This document shows, piece by piece, positions 1-14,083 of a DNA stretch of 64,000 bases. Source of the stretch: Selaginella moellendorffii (lineage: Eukaryota; Plantae; Lycopodiophyta); NCBI RefSeq assembly GCF_000143415.4, contig NW_003314321.1:506236-570235 (forward strand), in the 5' to 3' direction. Made by a program: the position numbers and the translations under genes. Below the pieces are notes generated by a model. The model saw nothing but the letters and a program-made list of their open reading frames with translations. It made no database searches and had not been told where the DNA came from. Position 1 is the stretch's first letter; every line of letters begins with the position of its first letter.

Positions 1-827
1 AGTCCAGAGCTCGTCGATCACGTCGTGGAGCTCTCACCGATGGACGAGTTCCCCGACTGCCCTTTCATCGAGGACACCGCGGTCGTGATTGGATCCAAAG
101 CTCTCATCACTCGTCCTGTGAGTTATCTATCGTATCTATCACAGATAGTCAGTGAACTCACGATAACAGGGAGCAAGTTTGAGGCGTGGAGAAGTCGAAG
201 CAGTGGAGGCAGAGCTTAGAAATCTTGGATTCGAGATTCACAACGTCGAGCCTCCCGGTACCATTGATGGTGGCGATGTTCTCTACGTCCAAAACACCCT
301 CTTTGTTGGAAAGAGCATGTAAGGCACCTCTCTATAGGTGAACTCAGTACTCACTCTTTTACATCTCCTTGATTAGGAGGACAAACTCGAGAGGAATCGA
401 GGCACTGGCACGGGCCTTCTCTCCAATACCTGTTGTTCCAATCGACGTTGCTGAAACCTTGCACTTAAAATCAGGTACTGGTATTCTTTCTGTTTTCTAA
501 AGTCTCTTGCTGCTTTGCTGGCTTGCAGTCTTGTCTCCGCTTGGCCGGAACTCTTTTCTGGCCGAGGAGACCTTCCACGCCAAACAGATGCTCGAGCTGA
601 TCCGAAAGGCTTCCATGGATTCGTGCGACTGCGTCTTTACTCCACACCAAGGCGCGGCAAATCTCCTTTGGGTGGGAAACACGCTCGTCTATCCGTCTGC
701 TTATCCTTGCGGAAGCGATCTGGCCGAGTTGTACGCAAACTCTGCCGAGCGCGTCATTCCAGCCAACATTTCAGAGTTCCACAAAGGTGATGGAGGTTTG
801 ACATGCCTCTCCATTGTCATTGACTGA
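1..827 (+). CDS. DDAH: Dimethylarginine dimethylaminohydrolase-like amidinohydrolase (5' end outside window); exons <1-117, 170-318, 377-474, 529-827
   Basis: Spliced translation gives PDCPFIEDTAVV, ITRP|GASLRRGE, IDGGDV, RTN, LHLKS and KGDGGLTCLS, the DDAH substrate-binding motifs and Asp/His/Cys triad. Three GT-AG introns of 52-58 nt keep the frame. Confidence 0.9.
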
Positions 828-847
828 TCTGAAACTTCTTTTAAAAC

Positions 848-1480
848 TCATTGGTTACAAGTCAAGAGGATCGCAAAGTTTTCGGGTGGGCTTTGAGACA
901 AACTGGGACTCCCAATAGTGAGTTGTAGATGGTCAGCATTCTCTTCCGCAGATTCAAAGAGGTTGATTCTACCTTCTTCGAGGAGATCCACATTCCCCCG
1001 CTTTTGGGCGACCACACTCCCTGGAACGCAATCACATAAGCTGGATGGAAAAGAGCTTTCTCCCACCTGGAATGCTTCTGCCACAGAGGCAGTTTGCTTC
1101 TTAGAAAACTCGTACCTTAACCTGTGAATCAAGCTTGCAATCTCATGATTCCTTTTGCAAGAGCAGAGTTCATAGCTTTGTTTTATGGTGTTGATCAGAT
1201 CAGGTCATGCATGCAGGTTAGTAGAAAGAAATTTCACATGAAAAGAGTGACAAACGTTAAATGAGCCACCAAGAGGAAAGAAATTTTATCACCTACAACT
1301 CCATAACTTGACAAGATCCACATTGGAGGCTGCCTTTGGATTTGAAACAATCACTTCAGCTCCGTAGGAAAAAACTACCAATTAAAATGTAGACAGAAAT
1401 GTTATACTTTCTTCATAACATTTCTTCTCTGCCTTCCAGATGGCATGCTTGAGAAGTGACTCACCACATTGGGGAGGAGT
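848..1480 (-). other. Probable 3' exon(s) of an unidentified gene, convergent with DDAH; upstream part lost or interrupted by the LINE
   Basis: Open frame 848-1132 with a CAG acceptor near 1122 and a possible donor near 1271. No family recognised. Confidence 0.3.
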
Positions 1481-1499
1481 AAAATGAAGAAATATTTGT

Positions 1500-3750
1500 A
1501 GTTTTACTTTTCTATTACCTCCACAGACAAATAGCGTGCTTTTCCAATCTAATTAGACCATAAATCACATGAATATTCTAAGAGTATTCAATGTTCTAAG
1601 GGCTGACTTGAGTGGATGAGGAATATACAATGATGACCACCAAGGCAAGTATGGGTAATTATAAGTTTTTAGTGATGCCAATTTGGTTTGACAAATATTT
1701 TTATAAATTTTAGAAGTTGATGAATCAAGTTTTATAACTTTACTTAGAGAAGTTTGCAATTGATTATTTTGATGATATTTTAGTAGCTTTATGGAGGAAT
1801 ATGAGATGTGAGTTTTGCAACTTTTGACAGACAATAAGTTCTATTTGAAGTTAATTTATTAAATATCTAAAACATTTTATTTAATTATATAGTGTGAGAT
1901 CATAATTGACTGATTTATGCTTTCAATAATGTATAATCTTTGTAATTTCTTTGGTATGGCTAAATTTTTTTAACAGTTTATAAAAGACTTCCTAGAGATA
2001 GCTATTCTCTTGAATGATTTTCTCTAAAGCACATTAAAGTATATTACTATTCATGGTTGGGATGAGAAGTGTTAAATGTTTTCTCAACAATTGAAATAAT
2101 GTTGCTTTAGTGTTGAGGATTTTTTTTATCCTAAGAAGTGTTTTATGGTTTAGATAAATATAAATGACATGTTATATATTGGATCCATTTTGCTTCAAGT
2201 TGGGCATCCTTTGGCATATATAAGTGACAATTTTAACATTATTTATATAAGACATGATTGTTACTGTGAAGGAATAATAACATAGATCAAACTTTCATAT
2301 AAATTCAAACTATCAATCTCTCCAATATTTTAGTGGTCAAAAGGCCACTTTTCTTATTAGTAAAAGTTCCTGCAAAAACTATCTATTAAGATTCGGTATA
2401 AATATGAAGGTGGTAATATGATGGCTAATGGATTGTCTAAAATAGTGAATTTTATCTCATTTGTGAAGTTATATAGTGTTTTCTTGGATGAGCTTAAAGA
2501 GTTTCTTGACTTTAACTCCTTTATCACCAATATTTACTTAAAGGTTTTTTCAAAAGACACTTTTACACATTTAAAGGGTGGCAAGTTTATATATTTAAAA
2601 TATGACAAAGAATCCTAATGAAGAAAGAACATATAATGGTTTTTTGTATTGACAAACTCATCAAATGGATCTTGGTTGCGGATGGTTAAATACCATGACT
2701 TATATCTTATAAAGTTCATAGATAAATTAGTAGTGCAATAGAAGGTCATGAGCAAGTCTAACTAGCATTAGAGGCTTTGTTAAGTTGTGGAAAACAAGAG
2801 TAAAAATCATCTGCATATAGGAGGAGGTATAAGTAGAAAGATCTTCATTGTGAAGAAGTGTTTCTAATGCATCAATGTACAATCCAAACAACATGGGGGA
2901 TAAGGACACCCTTGCTTAGACACCTATTGTGCATTCCATTTGTGACTTTTTGGATATTCTACAAAAATTGTTACATAGAGCTATTGAATAGCATGTACAA
3001 GCTCTAGTGTAGTCAAGCTCTAGTGTAGTATTTAACTCCTAAAGTCATTGAAATAATTCCTTTTGTGGGACTATGTCAAATGCTTTGCAAAAGTCCATAA
3101 AGCAACAAAACAATTGATATATCATTTGTATACACAATTTATAGCGTAGATGATCTACAGTAGCTCATTTGGAGTTAGTCTCACTCTAAGAGACTCGATG
3201 ACCCTCTAAAATGGTTGTAAATAACTTGGAGAAGATAGAGTTCACCGTAATAGTTTAGTAATTTTTTGGGATCATGGGATCTCCAAATTTGTAGACAGGA
3301 ACCACACAATTCATTGTCTATGCCCGAGGAAAACCTTCATTTATTACTGGTTCAAAGATTGGGTGGAATATATATGCAAGGAACTCCTTGTCATATACTT
3401 GGAGTAATTCATCTATGAGACCCTAGGCATTTAAGGCTTTTCATTTGTGAAGGCGATCAATAGTAGCAAGACTGTCATCTTCATTGAATTGGATTGGGGC
3501 TTGTGATTGGGAAGTGATTAAGTCTCTTATTTGCTGAGTGTAGAGCTGTCTAAGGTAGTTCACCCAAATCTTGGTGTTGTTAAGAAGGATGGGGTTTTAT
3601 AGGCTTTTTGAAAATCTTGAAAGCTTTATGAGGTGCCATTCAAAGTTGCTATACATTTTCTAAATTCTTCTAGATACAGGAATAATGGGATTTATAGAAT
3701 TCCAAGTCCAAGGAGATTCGAGTTCTTGGATCTCTAGTAAAATAGGAAGA
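1500..3750 (-). mobile_element. Decayed non-LTR retrotransposon (LINE) reverse transcriptase region
   Basis: Minus-strand motifs VVPVYKFGDP (~3275-3305), CCFMDFCKAFDIV (~3069-3107), KQG-CP/LSPMLFGLYIDALE (~2860-2920) and LYADD (~2806-2820). Many stops and frameshifts; boundaries approximate. Confidence 0.8.
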
Positions 3751-3999
3751 GCATAGATTTGTGGTTTGACCACGAATTTTTGGCTTGACTGTGCAATCTA
3801 GTCTCACTAGCTCGAAATCCAACTTGGGGCTCGTAAACTTGTTAACTACTTTGATGTGTATTGTTGCTAGATCCAACTCTATGAACACCTTGTACATGGG
3901 ATAAACCTGGCAACAACACAAAGTTAAGTGCAAACTTTTAAGATGTAAGTTGGACTCTGAAATCCCAAGGAAGGATATCTTCTTCCTCTTTCAATTCAA

Positions 4000-6900
4000 G
4001 TGGAGGAGTTATGCTAGTATTGACCTCAAATCCACTAGCTCCATCTTCAATAATATTCAAAGTTGTTAGCAGTATTTTCCAGCTTTCCCGCCTTTCAATT
4101 GATATGCACTTGTTTCTATATAGGCTCGTGAGTGAGCTTCCATCCCATTACAATGGCAACATCTTTTTCAAGCTACCACATTTTATCAACAATATTAGTT
4201 CCAAACAAAAGAGGAGTAGGATATCTGTAACTACTGTAAGATCAAGATTACACACTTCTAGCATTTCAAAGGCACAATATCTATAGTTCACTATAGCAGG
4301 TATTTGGATTGTGTGGATGAAGTATACAATTGAGATTATTGTAGAAATTCCATATTTTTTAAGGGTTTGCAACAATCTTTCTACCCATGATACCATTGCT
4401 GTTATATTCAAGTGCCGATTATGCAAAAATGCTCCTATATGTTATGCCATCTACAAGGCCAGAATATATTACTTTTTTCCTCGGGATGGAGTGGCTAAAA
4501 AAGCTATAATGCATATTAGCATATATGTATATCCAATGCAAAAAGGGATATAAAGGAGTTCTTTCAACCATTTTAAAGATGTTGTGCAGAAAGAGGCTGT
4601 GAAAAACTCATCTACAAACCCCAAAGTATGTTCAGAAGATCATCCTTAAGGATTTTATCGCAAGCACCTTACTCAATCTGTATTGGCAAAAGACTTAATT
4701 AAACAAGGCTAGCTTGCAGGACTTACTATGACATGTATAACTTGCTACTAACTTAAGGAGATATGTCTGTTGTATTTTATATGTTACAATAATATCTTTT
4801 GTTCATATTATATTGTTTAAGATAAAATCTTGGATGTGTGAATCTTGAGAAGGGAAGTTGTGATAAAAATTTGACTTCATTCTTGAACTAAAACGAACTT
4901 GTCTATATGAGTTCATCCATAAAAGTTGTTTCTAGACCAAGTTGTCAATAAGTAAAAGCACCCCATCGTTTCAAGATGTCTACAATGAACCCTACCTTTA
5001 GTGTAGATCTTGTCTCTTGAATAGATTGTAAGCGACTAAATTTTCCATTTTACTTTAGTCACTTAACCACACCTTTAACCATTTAGAGGATTTTTACTTA
5101 TAACATTCATAAGTCCTATTCCAGACTTAAGGCTTGCTACCTTTGAGAATGGCATCTATGCCACTCAACCTTTGCACTTGGTCCAAGTGCTCTACATGTC
5201 TGATCCCATGACCAACACCCAACGGTACCACCGACATATCAGCTTGTTACACTAAGGCCATGTCTATTCATCTTTGCCACACTAGTGGTCCAACACCACT
5301 TGCATCACAGTCCCATCTCTCAAAAACTGAGTTGGCTGTCCATGAGTGATCATCTCAAATCCACTCCTTAGCATCCTTAGAATGCTTGCAAACATGAAAA
5401 ACAACCTTCCCCAATATCCCTTTTTCAGTCCCCACCAAGTCCCTTTCTTTCCATGGTCGTATTTGCCAACACTACCACTGGGTCAAGGCCCACTAGCTCG
5501 ACCACTAAGTTTTATTATCCTTTGGGACTTCCTCACTATGTGATCATATCTTTGATCACTACATTAGAGGATTGCCCCTTTTCCTTTCCATAATTTAGGA
5601 CTTTTCGTGGCCCTATGCAAGCCTCATGGGTACTCTCCCCACCTTCCACCTTTGGGTGCTCTAGCCATGGGGCTAGAGTGAGGTTTTGTTGAGCCACACT
5701 AAGTATCCAAGTAGGTAGTGCCACTTATGTTTGGACTGGGAGCATCGACCATTCAATCTCCCAGAGGAATTAGAGTTGATTTTTAAACACTTCACCAAAC
5801 CACCCTATTTGTCTGTCTGTATTCACTCTAGCTTTAGACTCCTCAGTGGATATATTATCATCTAGCACGTGAGCATAGCCTTTCTGGGTCACACTAGCCT
5901 TTCTTGGCCAAACTAGCTCCACTGGGCAACCCCCACACTCTCTCTGCTATACTTTTGGATATTCATCTCAGACTCCATCTCAGGTCCATCTCAAACTCCA
6001 TCTCAGGTCCATCTCAAATTCCATCTCGGATTCTATCTCGAACTCCATCTCAAACTCCATCTCAAACTCCATTTCAGGGGTACATCTCAGATCCATCTCG
6101 GACTCCATCTCAGACTCCATCTCAAGTCCATCTTGGACTCCACTTTGGATTCCATCTCAGGTCCATCTCAAACTCCATCTTGGACTCCATGTCAGTCCAT
6201 CTTGGGTCCATCTTGAACTCCATCTTGGACTCCATCTTGGGTCTATCTCAGACTCCATCTCAGGTCCATCTCAGACTCCATCTTAGACTCCATATCAGGT
6301 CCATCTCAGACTCCTCCACATATCATGTGTTGGTCCTTTTGTGTCCCTTTTCTAGAGACTCACTGATTACTTGCTTCGTGCTCGTTCTTTGAGCATTTTG
6401 TATTTTGGAAGTTTCTCTACAATATTGTGCTAAAGTGAATTGATAAGCTTATGAACTTTTGTGGTTTCATGGCAAGTGGGTCTAATGCAAACTGGAATGG
6501 TGTTTGAGTACTTTTTAGGAATGGTCAACCCTTAAAAGGTCATGAAAGGACTTATAAGTTCCACTAGACTTAAACCTAAACCAATATTACCACCTTATCA
6601 AACTAGAGTTTTAAGCAGTGTTTAAGGAATTCTATAAACAATGACAAGTTGCATCCTTTGAAAAGGAACATGAGGCAAAGGCAAATAAAATCTAGATGTG
6701 GTGGCACGAAGATGGTTATGTAAACACAAGTTGTTTACCTTAACTTGAGTCATGGTTAGATGGTGGGAAATTAGGATGTTCTAGTGGGAACATCACTTTT
6801 CAGATTAATTTCTCTTTCTTCTTTTCTTTTTATTGCCTTTTAATATCACCTTTTTCATTATGACCAACCACTTAAGGACCTTGTATACATTCCAACTGTG

Positions 6901-8113
6901 AATCTCTATGAGAGTAAACACTGGAGTTGATGTTCCTCTGAGGTAAAGAAAGGGAAGATGAGTTTATATAAAACATGTCTATTAGATTTAATATGTGCTA
7001 TAAAGTAGTCTTCAAAAACATTGCCATTTGAGGAAGGAAGATATGTGGGAATAGAGCCTTCCATTAAGATGTTATATGATCAAATGAAGAGGAAAATGAC
7101 TTCACCAAGCTGAATAGTAACAACTACAATTGAGGAAATGATCTATAGCATATTTATGGAGTACTCTCCCCGGGCTTCTATTAGTGATATGAAAACTATC
7201 TACTCAAAGCATTGTTGTTCCTTTGCTGGTGAAAATGTTGGCATAGCATTTGGAGCAAAAAGCTCTCACAAACATAATGTTGAGTACCATTATACTTTAA
7301 AACACCACCTCCAAATTAAGCCACCTCAAATGGCTAATGAAGAGAGTGCATTACAATAGGTTGAAATTATTTGCCATAATATGAAGCCAAGGCAATAAGC
7401 ACCAAAAATATCAATATATAAAGTGTGTGGGGATGCTTCTAAGGGGCAAGTGTTAAGTTTGAATTCGTAATGACAAATTTACTTCTCTTCTAACCCCATA
7501 TTTCCATAGGGAACAAAAGCAAGTAGCGTTTTTGAGATGGTGCTGGCTGTATTATTGCAACACCAATGCTAACTATATGAAGCAACTTGAAGACACTATA
7601 ATAATGAAATCTAATATAGTACATAAAGAATGGCTAATTGTTAATAGGGTTATGCTCATCTTGAATGAAATTGAAAGCCTTGAGAAATCTGATTTCAATC
7701 TTTAGAGGAGGAGAATTAAAGACATAATTGACAGAATTGGCACTATTCCCACATAGATGCATAAGAGGCTTACAAGAAAAGGTAAAGCAGTTAAATTTAT
7801 TAGTACCATCTCCAAGAAAAAATAGAGTAAAATAAGCTTGCTTGAGTGTGAGATTCTCTTCACAAAGTACATCATTGTGCATGCAAAAGAATATATAGTC
7901 AAAATAAAGGGTGGAGAGTACACAATTGCTATTCAAAACTTTCCTTCTTGCATATGCCTAAATTTTTCAAAGTGCAAAGAATATAAGAAGGCATATGCTC
8001 CATGCAAGCATATGTACTACATCTTTATCAACACCTTACGCCAAGATCCTAAAATGGACATTCATATACACCAAAAAAGACTTACTATTGCTAAATTACA
8101 GAAGATTTTTTGA
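4000..8113 (+). mobile_element. Decayed Mutator-like (MULE) transposase with C-terminal SWIM zinc finger, interrupted by a ~1.35 kb insertion (~5030-6390)
   Basis: Cys-rich segment FKCRLCKNAPIC..KARIYY (~4400-4480); FKMS..VDLVS (~4970-5017); GFMASGSNANWNGV*VLF...ERTYKFH* (6463-6567, degenerate MxD...CxFH); RWWEIR (~6758); PTVNLYESKH (~6892, NxxE); SWIM CICLNF...PCKHMYYI (7949-8023). Confidence 0.65.
5961..6312. repeat. Minisatellite, ~11-12 bp unit (gactccatctca / ggtccatctca), roughly 30 degenerate copies
   Basis: Directly visible tandem tccatct core; accounts for the repetitive 5904-6392 ORF. Confidence 0.9.
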
Positions 8114-10245
8114 GCTAACTAGATTGGCCAAGACTATTAATATTTATTCTCTATCGATAATATAAACTTGGTATACTTTATATAACTAATAAAAAATATA
8201 TTTTTCATTACCTACGATTATTCTTTTGTAGTACTACCCATAATACTCATGTGTCTCCATTTTTTTTTTTACCATCTCAAAAACTATTTTATGGTAGTCT
8301 TTCAGAGGTGTGATATTGTAATGTGATGTTGTAGCGCACATGATTTTCACTCTTATCTTATAATGATTTACCAAAAAATAACCATAAAGCAAAACTTAAA
8401 CCCTCCACATACCATGTACCATATGCCATGTGTCCAAAGGTAAACCGAGTTTCAAAATGGGCCATTGAATAAAGGGATAGAGCTAAACTCTTCAACATAA
8501 AGCCTAAGAGTGAAGGAAGTTAAGCACAGAATAACTCCAAAACGTTCAATCCAAAGAATGAAAGGATAAAAGCATAGAGTAGTTTGGAACAGTTTTAGAG
8601 CATCTAACATCCCAATGTCAGGACCAACATGCAAAATGGAGCTAAATAGAGTTTAGCACAATTTTAACATATTAGTAGCCTAACGCAAATATATAAGTAC
8701 TCCACCAGTTAGTATGGTATATAAGTTAAAATTATACCCAAGTTGGATATAAAATAAAAACAAACACACAAGTGAGAACTAAATTATACCTTAAATTAGT
8801 TGGCTATGCCCAACCTACCCACTATCCCTACTATACATTGAAACTCCTGACAACTTCCCCTAAAGGAATGCAAGCTTTGGGCTTTCACCCCAATCCTAGG
8901 AGTTAGTCTCTAGAACAATTATGAAAACTTACTAAATATGGAATAATGCTAGATTGCAAAATTGGATATGGGAATAATATTGTTGTGTTCAAAATAATCT
9001 CACCATTCCGTAGATATACCCAATTAGTAAATTTAAACACTTTCCATAAATAGCCAATGGGACCAAATAGAACTAATATAGGTATTTAATAGATATGGTA
9101 AATTATCATTTAGCATATAAAGGATTAGTCTCAATATGTGAAGGTTTTTGTGAAGCCAATGCAAGACAAACAAAAAAGAATTAAAAGCTAAGCCAAATAT
9201 GCTCAACAAGAAATACATAGAAGTTCCTATCTTATGTTCATTTAGCTTAACTCTTCATCTCATGAGCTTAAGAATGGTCCACACTTTGAACCTTAGAATT
9301 AACATAGAGTTAAAATAGGGCTAAATTTTCATCTACACAAAGCACCGAGCAATTCTAGGATGGGAAGGCCCAAAAAGAATATCAAACAGTCTATTTTAAC
9401 CAATAATTCTTCTAGGGAATTAGAGGGAATGCTTTACAATTTAAAGAGGATTGACAATTGATTTATCTTTGGTTTTTTAGAGTTGGTGTTTAAGACAATA
9501 AAGTGTTCATGTTGTATTGAGTTTAGAAAGGAAAATGTCAAAAAGTACATTTTGAGCTTTAACTATACTTGAAAGGTTATATCAAATAAAAAGCTTGCTT
9601 TTGAAATTTAATACATTTCTTAAAACTTTCAAGGTGAAAGGTAGATCAAAAGTAAGACTTTCAAAAGACAAAAAAAATGCCCTTCACAATCAAAGCATGT
9701 CAATGTGATGGTGCTCAAGATTCATCATCATATATACAGAATGGAATGTACATATGCGTAACACAGTGAACCAGTGAAGACTCCTGACTCTTCACGTGGA
9801 CTAGTCATGTAAAGGTCAGCGAGGATAAAAAAGAAAACCAAGTAGCTCCTTACCTGAAACTTGGATGACAAAACATTACACATATTTTTCTCCACCGATG
9901 GCTGCAAGATGTGACCCTCAAACATGTTACTTGCCATTTTTTCAAAGGCACGTCACACAGGTGGTAGTTTCCATGACACCCGATATGCTCATCAGGCAAG
10001 TATATAGAGATTTGGAACTTGATTTTGCAACTTTGGTTTTGCATATGTAGGGATGCTGTCGAGAGAGCCAAAGACATCGTACATGAGGTTGTGTCTCAAG
10101 CTCCGGACGTGTCAACACAACTGGGGCGTTGCTTGCTTAGGTCGGACAAGGCGCATTCGCAAGGACTTCAGTCTTTAAGCGTACTCTTTTCCACGTAGAA
10201 GGAAAGGCGTTGAAAGTTACGCTTTAGTGTTTTAAAGCTCTGTCT

Positions 10246-11551
10246 ATGAGCGAGAAAATGGGGAGATGGGGCGCCTTTGATCAGGACGAAGGTCGCTGCG
10301 GTAATTTCGAGCGCCTCACGGAGCCATCGCTCGTGCTCCACATCTTCAGCTTGCTGGATCTCCCAGACTTGTTCATACTGCGGGCAGTGTGCAAGTCCTG
10401 GTATGATGCTGTGCTCTCTCCTCGTTTCATCGAGCTGTACAAGCCACCGGAACCCTGGGCCGTGCTCAGGGTGAGGACGAGTCTCCCTGCCGACCGGTAA
10501 GCGAGACTCGTTGTTTTCTCAGCGTGATCAGCGTCTCTGTAGGGAGCTTCGTTACGATGAGGAGCATTTTGACTATGGGATGAAGCTGGAGAATCACGCC
10601 GAGCTTTGGCATCCACATCGCTTCCAGCGCAAGAGATGCAGTCTTCCATTAGGCCCGTCGGGTTCGCGCTTCGTGGGCTTGTGCTCTTCCAACGGACTTG
10701 TGTGTGGGATGCTCATGGAACACACCGACTCGATGATTTTAGCTGTGGGGAATCCAATTACCGACGCGTGGAAGGCACTTCCTCCTGCAATTGCCTCTGC
10801 GCATCGTGCACGCCCGGCCTATCTTTACATCGGCATGGAAACGGATGTGGTCACTAGCTCTTACCAGATTGTGATACTGTACCAGAAGAACCAGATCACT
10901 CCTGTTGAAGCCCCGGGGCAAGATGACGATGATGGTCGGATCTTCTCGCTGCAGTATGACTCGGATTCCTGTTCTTGGCATGAGGGCCCGTTCTTCAGCA
11001 CGTCAAACTCATTGGGATCACCTCTACGAGGCTGTGCTTTCTTCTACACTGGGGAGAACATATTCACAGCTTACGATCCACATTCCAGAGCTTGGTCTCA
11101 CGTGGTTATCTCACCACCAGCACGTAACGAGCAAGAACAGGAAGACGAGAGCTGGGCAAACTGGTCTTATGGATACATTGGTGCCTTCATGTACAAGGGG
11201 AAATGCTACTGGGCATCGCTCCTGTTCGATCCAGAGAAGTTAGGTGAAGACATTGGAGTGGCTATCTGGGAGATGAAACAGGAAAGCTCAACGTGGGTGT
11301 TGGTGTCCCGGGTTCTGTCCAAGGACCTGTTTGGACCCAGTTGTTGCTTGTCAGGCGGGGACAAGGATATGACTGTGAGGCTGGTCGAGGACACTATTTT
11401 CATCTCGGCTTTCTACAGGAAGGAAAGCCATGGGGTGTGGCCTCCTGTTGCATACGACTTTACTCTGTCCAAGTGGTATACTTGTTGCATGTACAACGAG
11501 GATATTGAGTGCAGCTATGTGTTGCTACCCAGCCTGTCTGCCAAGCCTTAA
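10246..11551 (+). CDS. F-box protein with C-terminal kelch/FBA-like region; exons 10246-10496, 10543-11551
   Basis: F-box LTEPSLVLHIFSLLDLPDLFILRAVCKSW; SSNGLVC...VGNPITDAWKALP typical of plant F-box proteins. A 46-nt GT-AG intron removes the apparent stop in frame. Confidence 0.85.
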
Positions 11552-12286
11552 CAGGCAAGTAGTGGTGTGATGCAAAAACTACTAACATTTTGGAATTTGG
11601 CTGATACAAATAACTTATGAAATTTCTTGCATCCTGATCACCATGTTAATGTCTCTAAGTGATTTAGCTCAAGTAGCAACATCCACCCTCAAGTCCCATT
11701 GCTTGGTTGATTTTCAGACAATCGCCTCGATATCCATAATGTTTCCCACCTTTGTTTTTGCAGTTGTGACCACTAAGCTTCCCATACATTTTACCAGTGC
11801 AGACTCTGTCCTGCTGATCGCAAGATTCATTTGGAGTGTTGAAGTAGTAGCCTTGAAAAATAGGAGTAGCATAGTAGCCAAGAATTATCAAAAGGAAACA
11901 AACTAGCATAATCTTCATCTTGCAATCAAAGAAATGAAGATTTTTAAACTGGAAAAGTATCAATTTATAGAAGAGGCTATTCATAATGATGAACTTAGAT
12001 TCTTAGATTCTGTTCTTATTGCTACACCAATTTTTCAGACTTCAAGCATAAATAAGAATAAAAGTGACTTCTTTAACCCAAAGGCAAGATAATGTTGAGC
12101 ACTTTAAAAAAAGTTCAAGCAAACTCTCCACAATGTTAATTATATAAAAAAAAAATCAATTTGAAATATTGAAAAGGTAAGAATCTCACTATCCTGGTAA
12201 AAAATGTAATAACACCTTTTATAACAAGTTTACCTTCTAAAGTCTGTAATTAATGATTTAGGATACAATGTAGACTTTAAATTATA

Positions 12287-12316
12287 CCCTAAACCCTAAA
12301 TCTAAAACCAAACCCT
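12287..12316. repeat. Short degenerate interstitial telomere-like repeat (CCCTAAA)
   Basis: ccctaaaccctaaatctaaaaccaaaccct. Confidence 0.45.
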
Positions 12317-13475
12317 CCAAACATTGTATACAATTAATTGATTGCACGTTGAAAAAGAAATGTTTGTATTGAATGTCATGTAAAATATTATTAATACAAC
12401 TACATTGGTTATTTTCATTACTAACAATTGTTATTATAAATTTAACATTTTAATAATTATATTAACTTTTCTACTAAAACTTTCCTACATATATAATGAT
12501 AATATAGTTATTTTTAAACGAATTGAGAAATTAAATAGATTTTAAATATTGTGGCCCCAGTCAAGGACGGTTCTGATGGCGGCATTTCTCTTGCTCCGGC
12601 CAGCCCATGGGCCACAGGCATCATCATGTTCTTTTTTTCTTTTTCTTTCTTTTTCTTTTGTTCTCCTTTATTTGTGACTCTCCAGCAAGCAATGCCACAA
12701 CTGGTGAGAAGAAGCATCCCAGAGATTCCCAGCACCCAAGCGTCTCAAATTTTCCATGACCTGCATGGCATGCAGTCAAGTGATACATGTTTTTTTTTCT
12801 TTCTTCTTCCATCAATAACTTTAGAAGTTTTTTCTTCTTTTCTTGTCAAGTCTGTGCTGATATGACGACTGGTATGGACTTTTTGAGCACGAATTCCTCT
12901 CATCAACCATGAGGATGATCACGGTTCCTATGGCCATCACCACCACAGACTAGACTCGGAACACTTGCAACTGGCTTTGAGTGCTTAATCTTTGTTCGTA
13001 CTACACTCTCTGTCTTTCCTTGTAGACTCCACAACTAAAAGAGTTGGCAAGACTCAAAGGGAGTCAACTTTTAAAAGCCAATGCGTGGCACCACCCAAAT
13101 GACACGATATCTTCCATTGTTGCTCTCATAAGAGTCAGTAAATTACTATAGTTTACAAGGAGTTTTCTCTTGATTAGAAGAGCTAAAAAAAGGGCATCTG
13201 GTTTATGTCAAACTATTATTAGAGTACCATAATAGTTGTCTCCGGATATCACAGGTGAAGGTAAAAGATCTAGTTATCAGGAATTATTCTTCTGAATAAG
13301 TTTAGTCTCCAGGAACTAGTGGATCGTGTCTACGTTGATGCTCACATCGGGGTAAGTTCGAATTCAAATATAAAACGAGTACTAAGAGAGCCACCAGTGC
13401 CCTAGCATATAAATTCCGTGAATACCCCGTCGCTTGGGGCCTTTGTCGCTGAGGCAATTTCCAGCGGACTTCACA

Positions 13476-13703
13476 GCTTCAGCTTGCTGGATATTCCGTA
13501 TTTGCAAGTCATGTTATGATGCTGTGCTCTCTCCTCGTTTCGTGCAGCTGTACAAGCCACCGCTGGACCCTGGGCCGTGCTCAGGGTGAGGACAAGTCTG
13601 CCAGCCGACTGGTAAGTTCTTAGTTTTCTCAGTGTGATCATGAAGCAATTGTTACGATGAGGAGCATTTTGACTATGGGATGAAGCTGGAGAATCACACC
13701 GCC
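13476..13703 (+). pseudogene. Partial duplicate of the 5' part of the neighbouring F-box gene
   Basis: Near-identical blocks to 10344-10600 (tatgatgctgtgctctctcctcgtttc, ccctgggccgtgctcagggtgaggac, gttacgatgaggagcattttgactatgggatgaagctggagaatcac) with indels; includes intron sequence. Confidence 0.9.
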
Positions 13704-14083
13704 ATTCGGTATTCTACATATCACAAAAAAATGCATTCAAAACACAGTTGTCTTTGATACTCCTTGTGATATCATCTTGACAATGTTTGGATGAAGCTTG
13801 TGAGGAGGATTGATTTTTTCAACACCTCTTTGTGAACTCGTTTCTATTTGACAAGTCTCTTCTTAGCTAGGACATTTTTTTCTTCTCCACAAGACAAGCA
13901 ACGATCATGCAGGGCACAGAAGCGAAGGATAGATCTGCCCTTCATAATCTAGATGAGTACCTCGGGCAGTGGTGTTCTTGCTGGAACATCCAATAACCAA
14001 TGCAAAACCTTGTCATGTGTTGCCAATAAAAACTTGACTCTCAGAGAAGGATGGTGTCAACTTCTCTTAGATGAAAAAAATTA

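Noticed and set aside
5961-6312. CRISPR-like array
   Set aside because: Units are contiguous without unique spacers; eukaryotic context, no cas genes.
5904-6392. 162-aa ORF
   Set aside because: Produced by the 12-bp minisatellite; no domain, non-ATG start.
9700-10130. Short overlapping ORFs upstream of the F-box gene
   Set aside because: No motif or consistent splice structure.
10497-10542. Apparent premature stop in the F-box gene
   Set aside because: Lies within a 46-nt GT-AG intron that preserves the frame.
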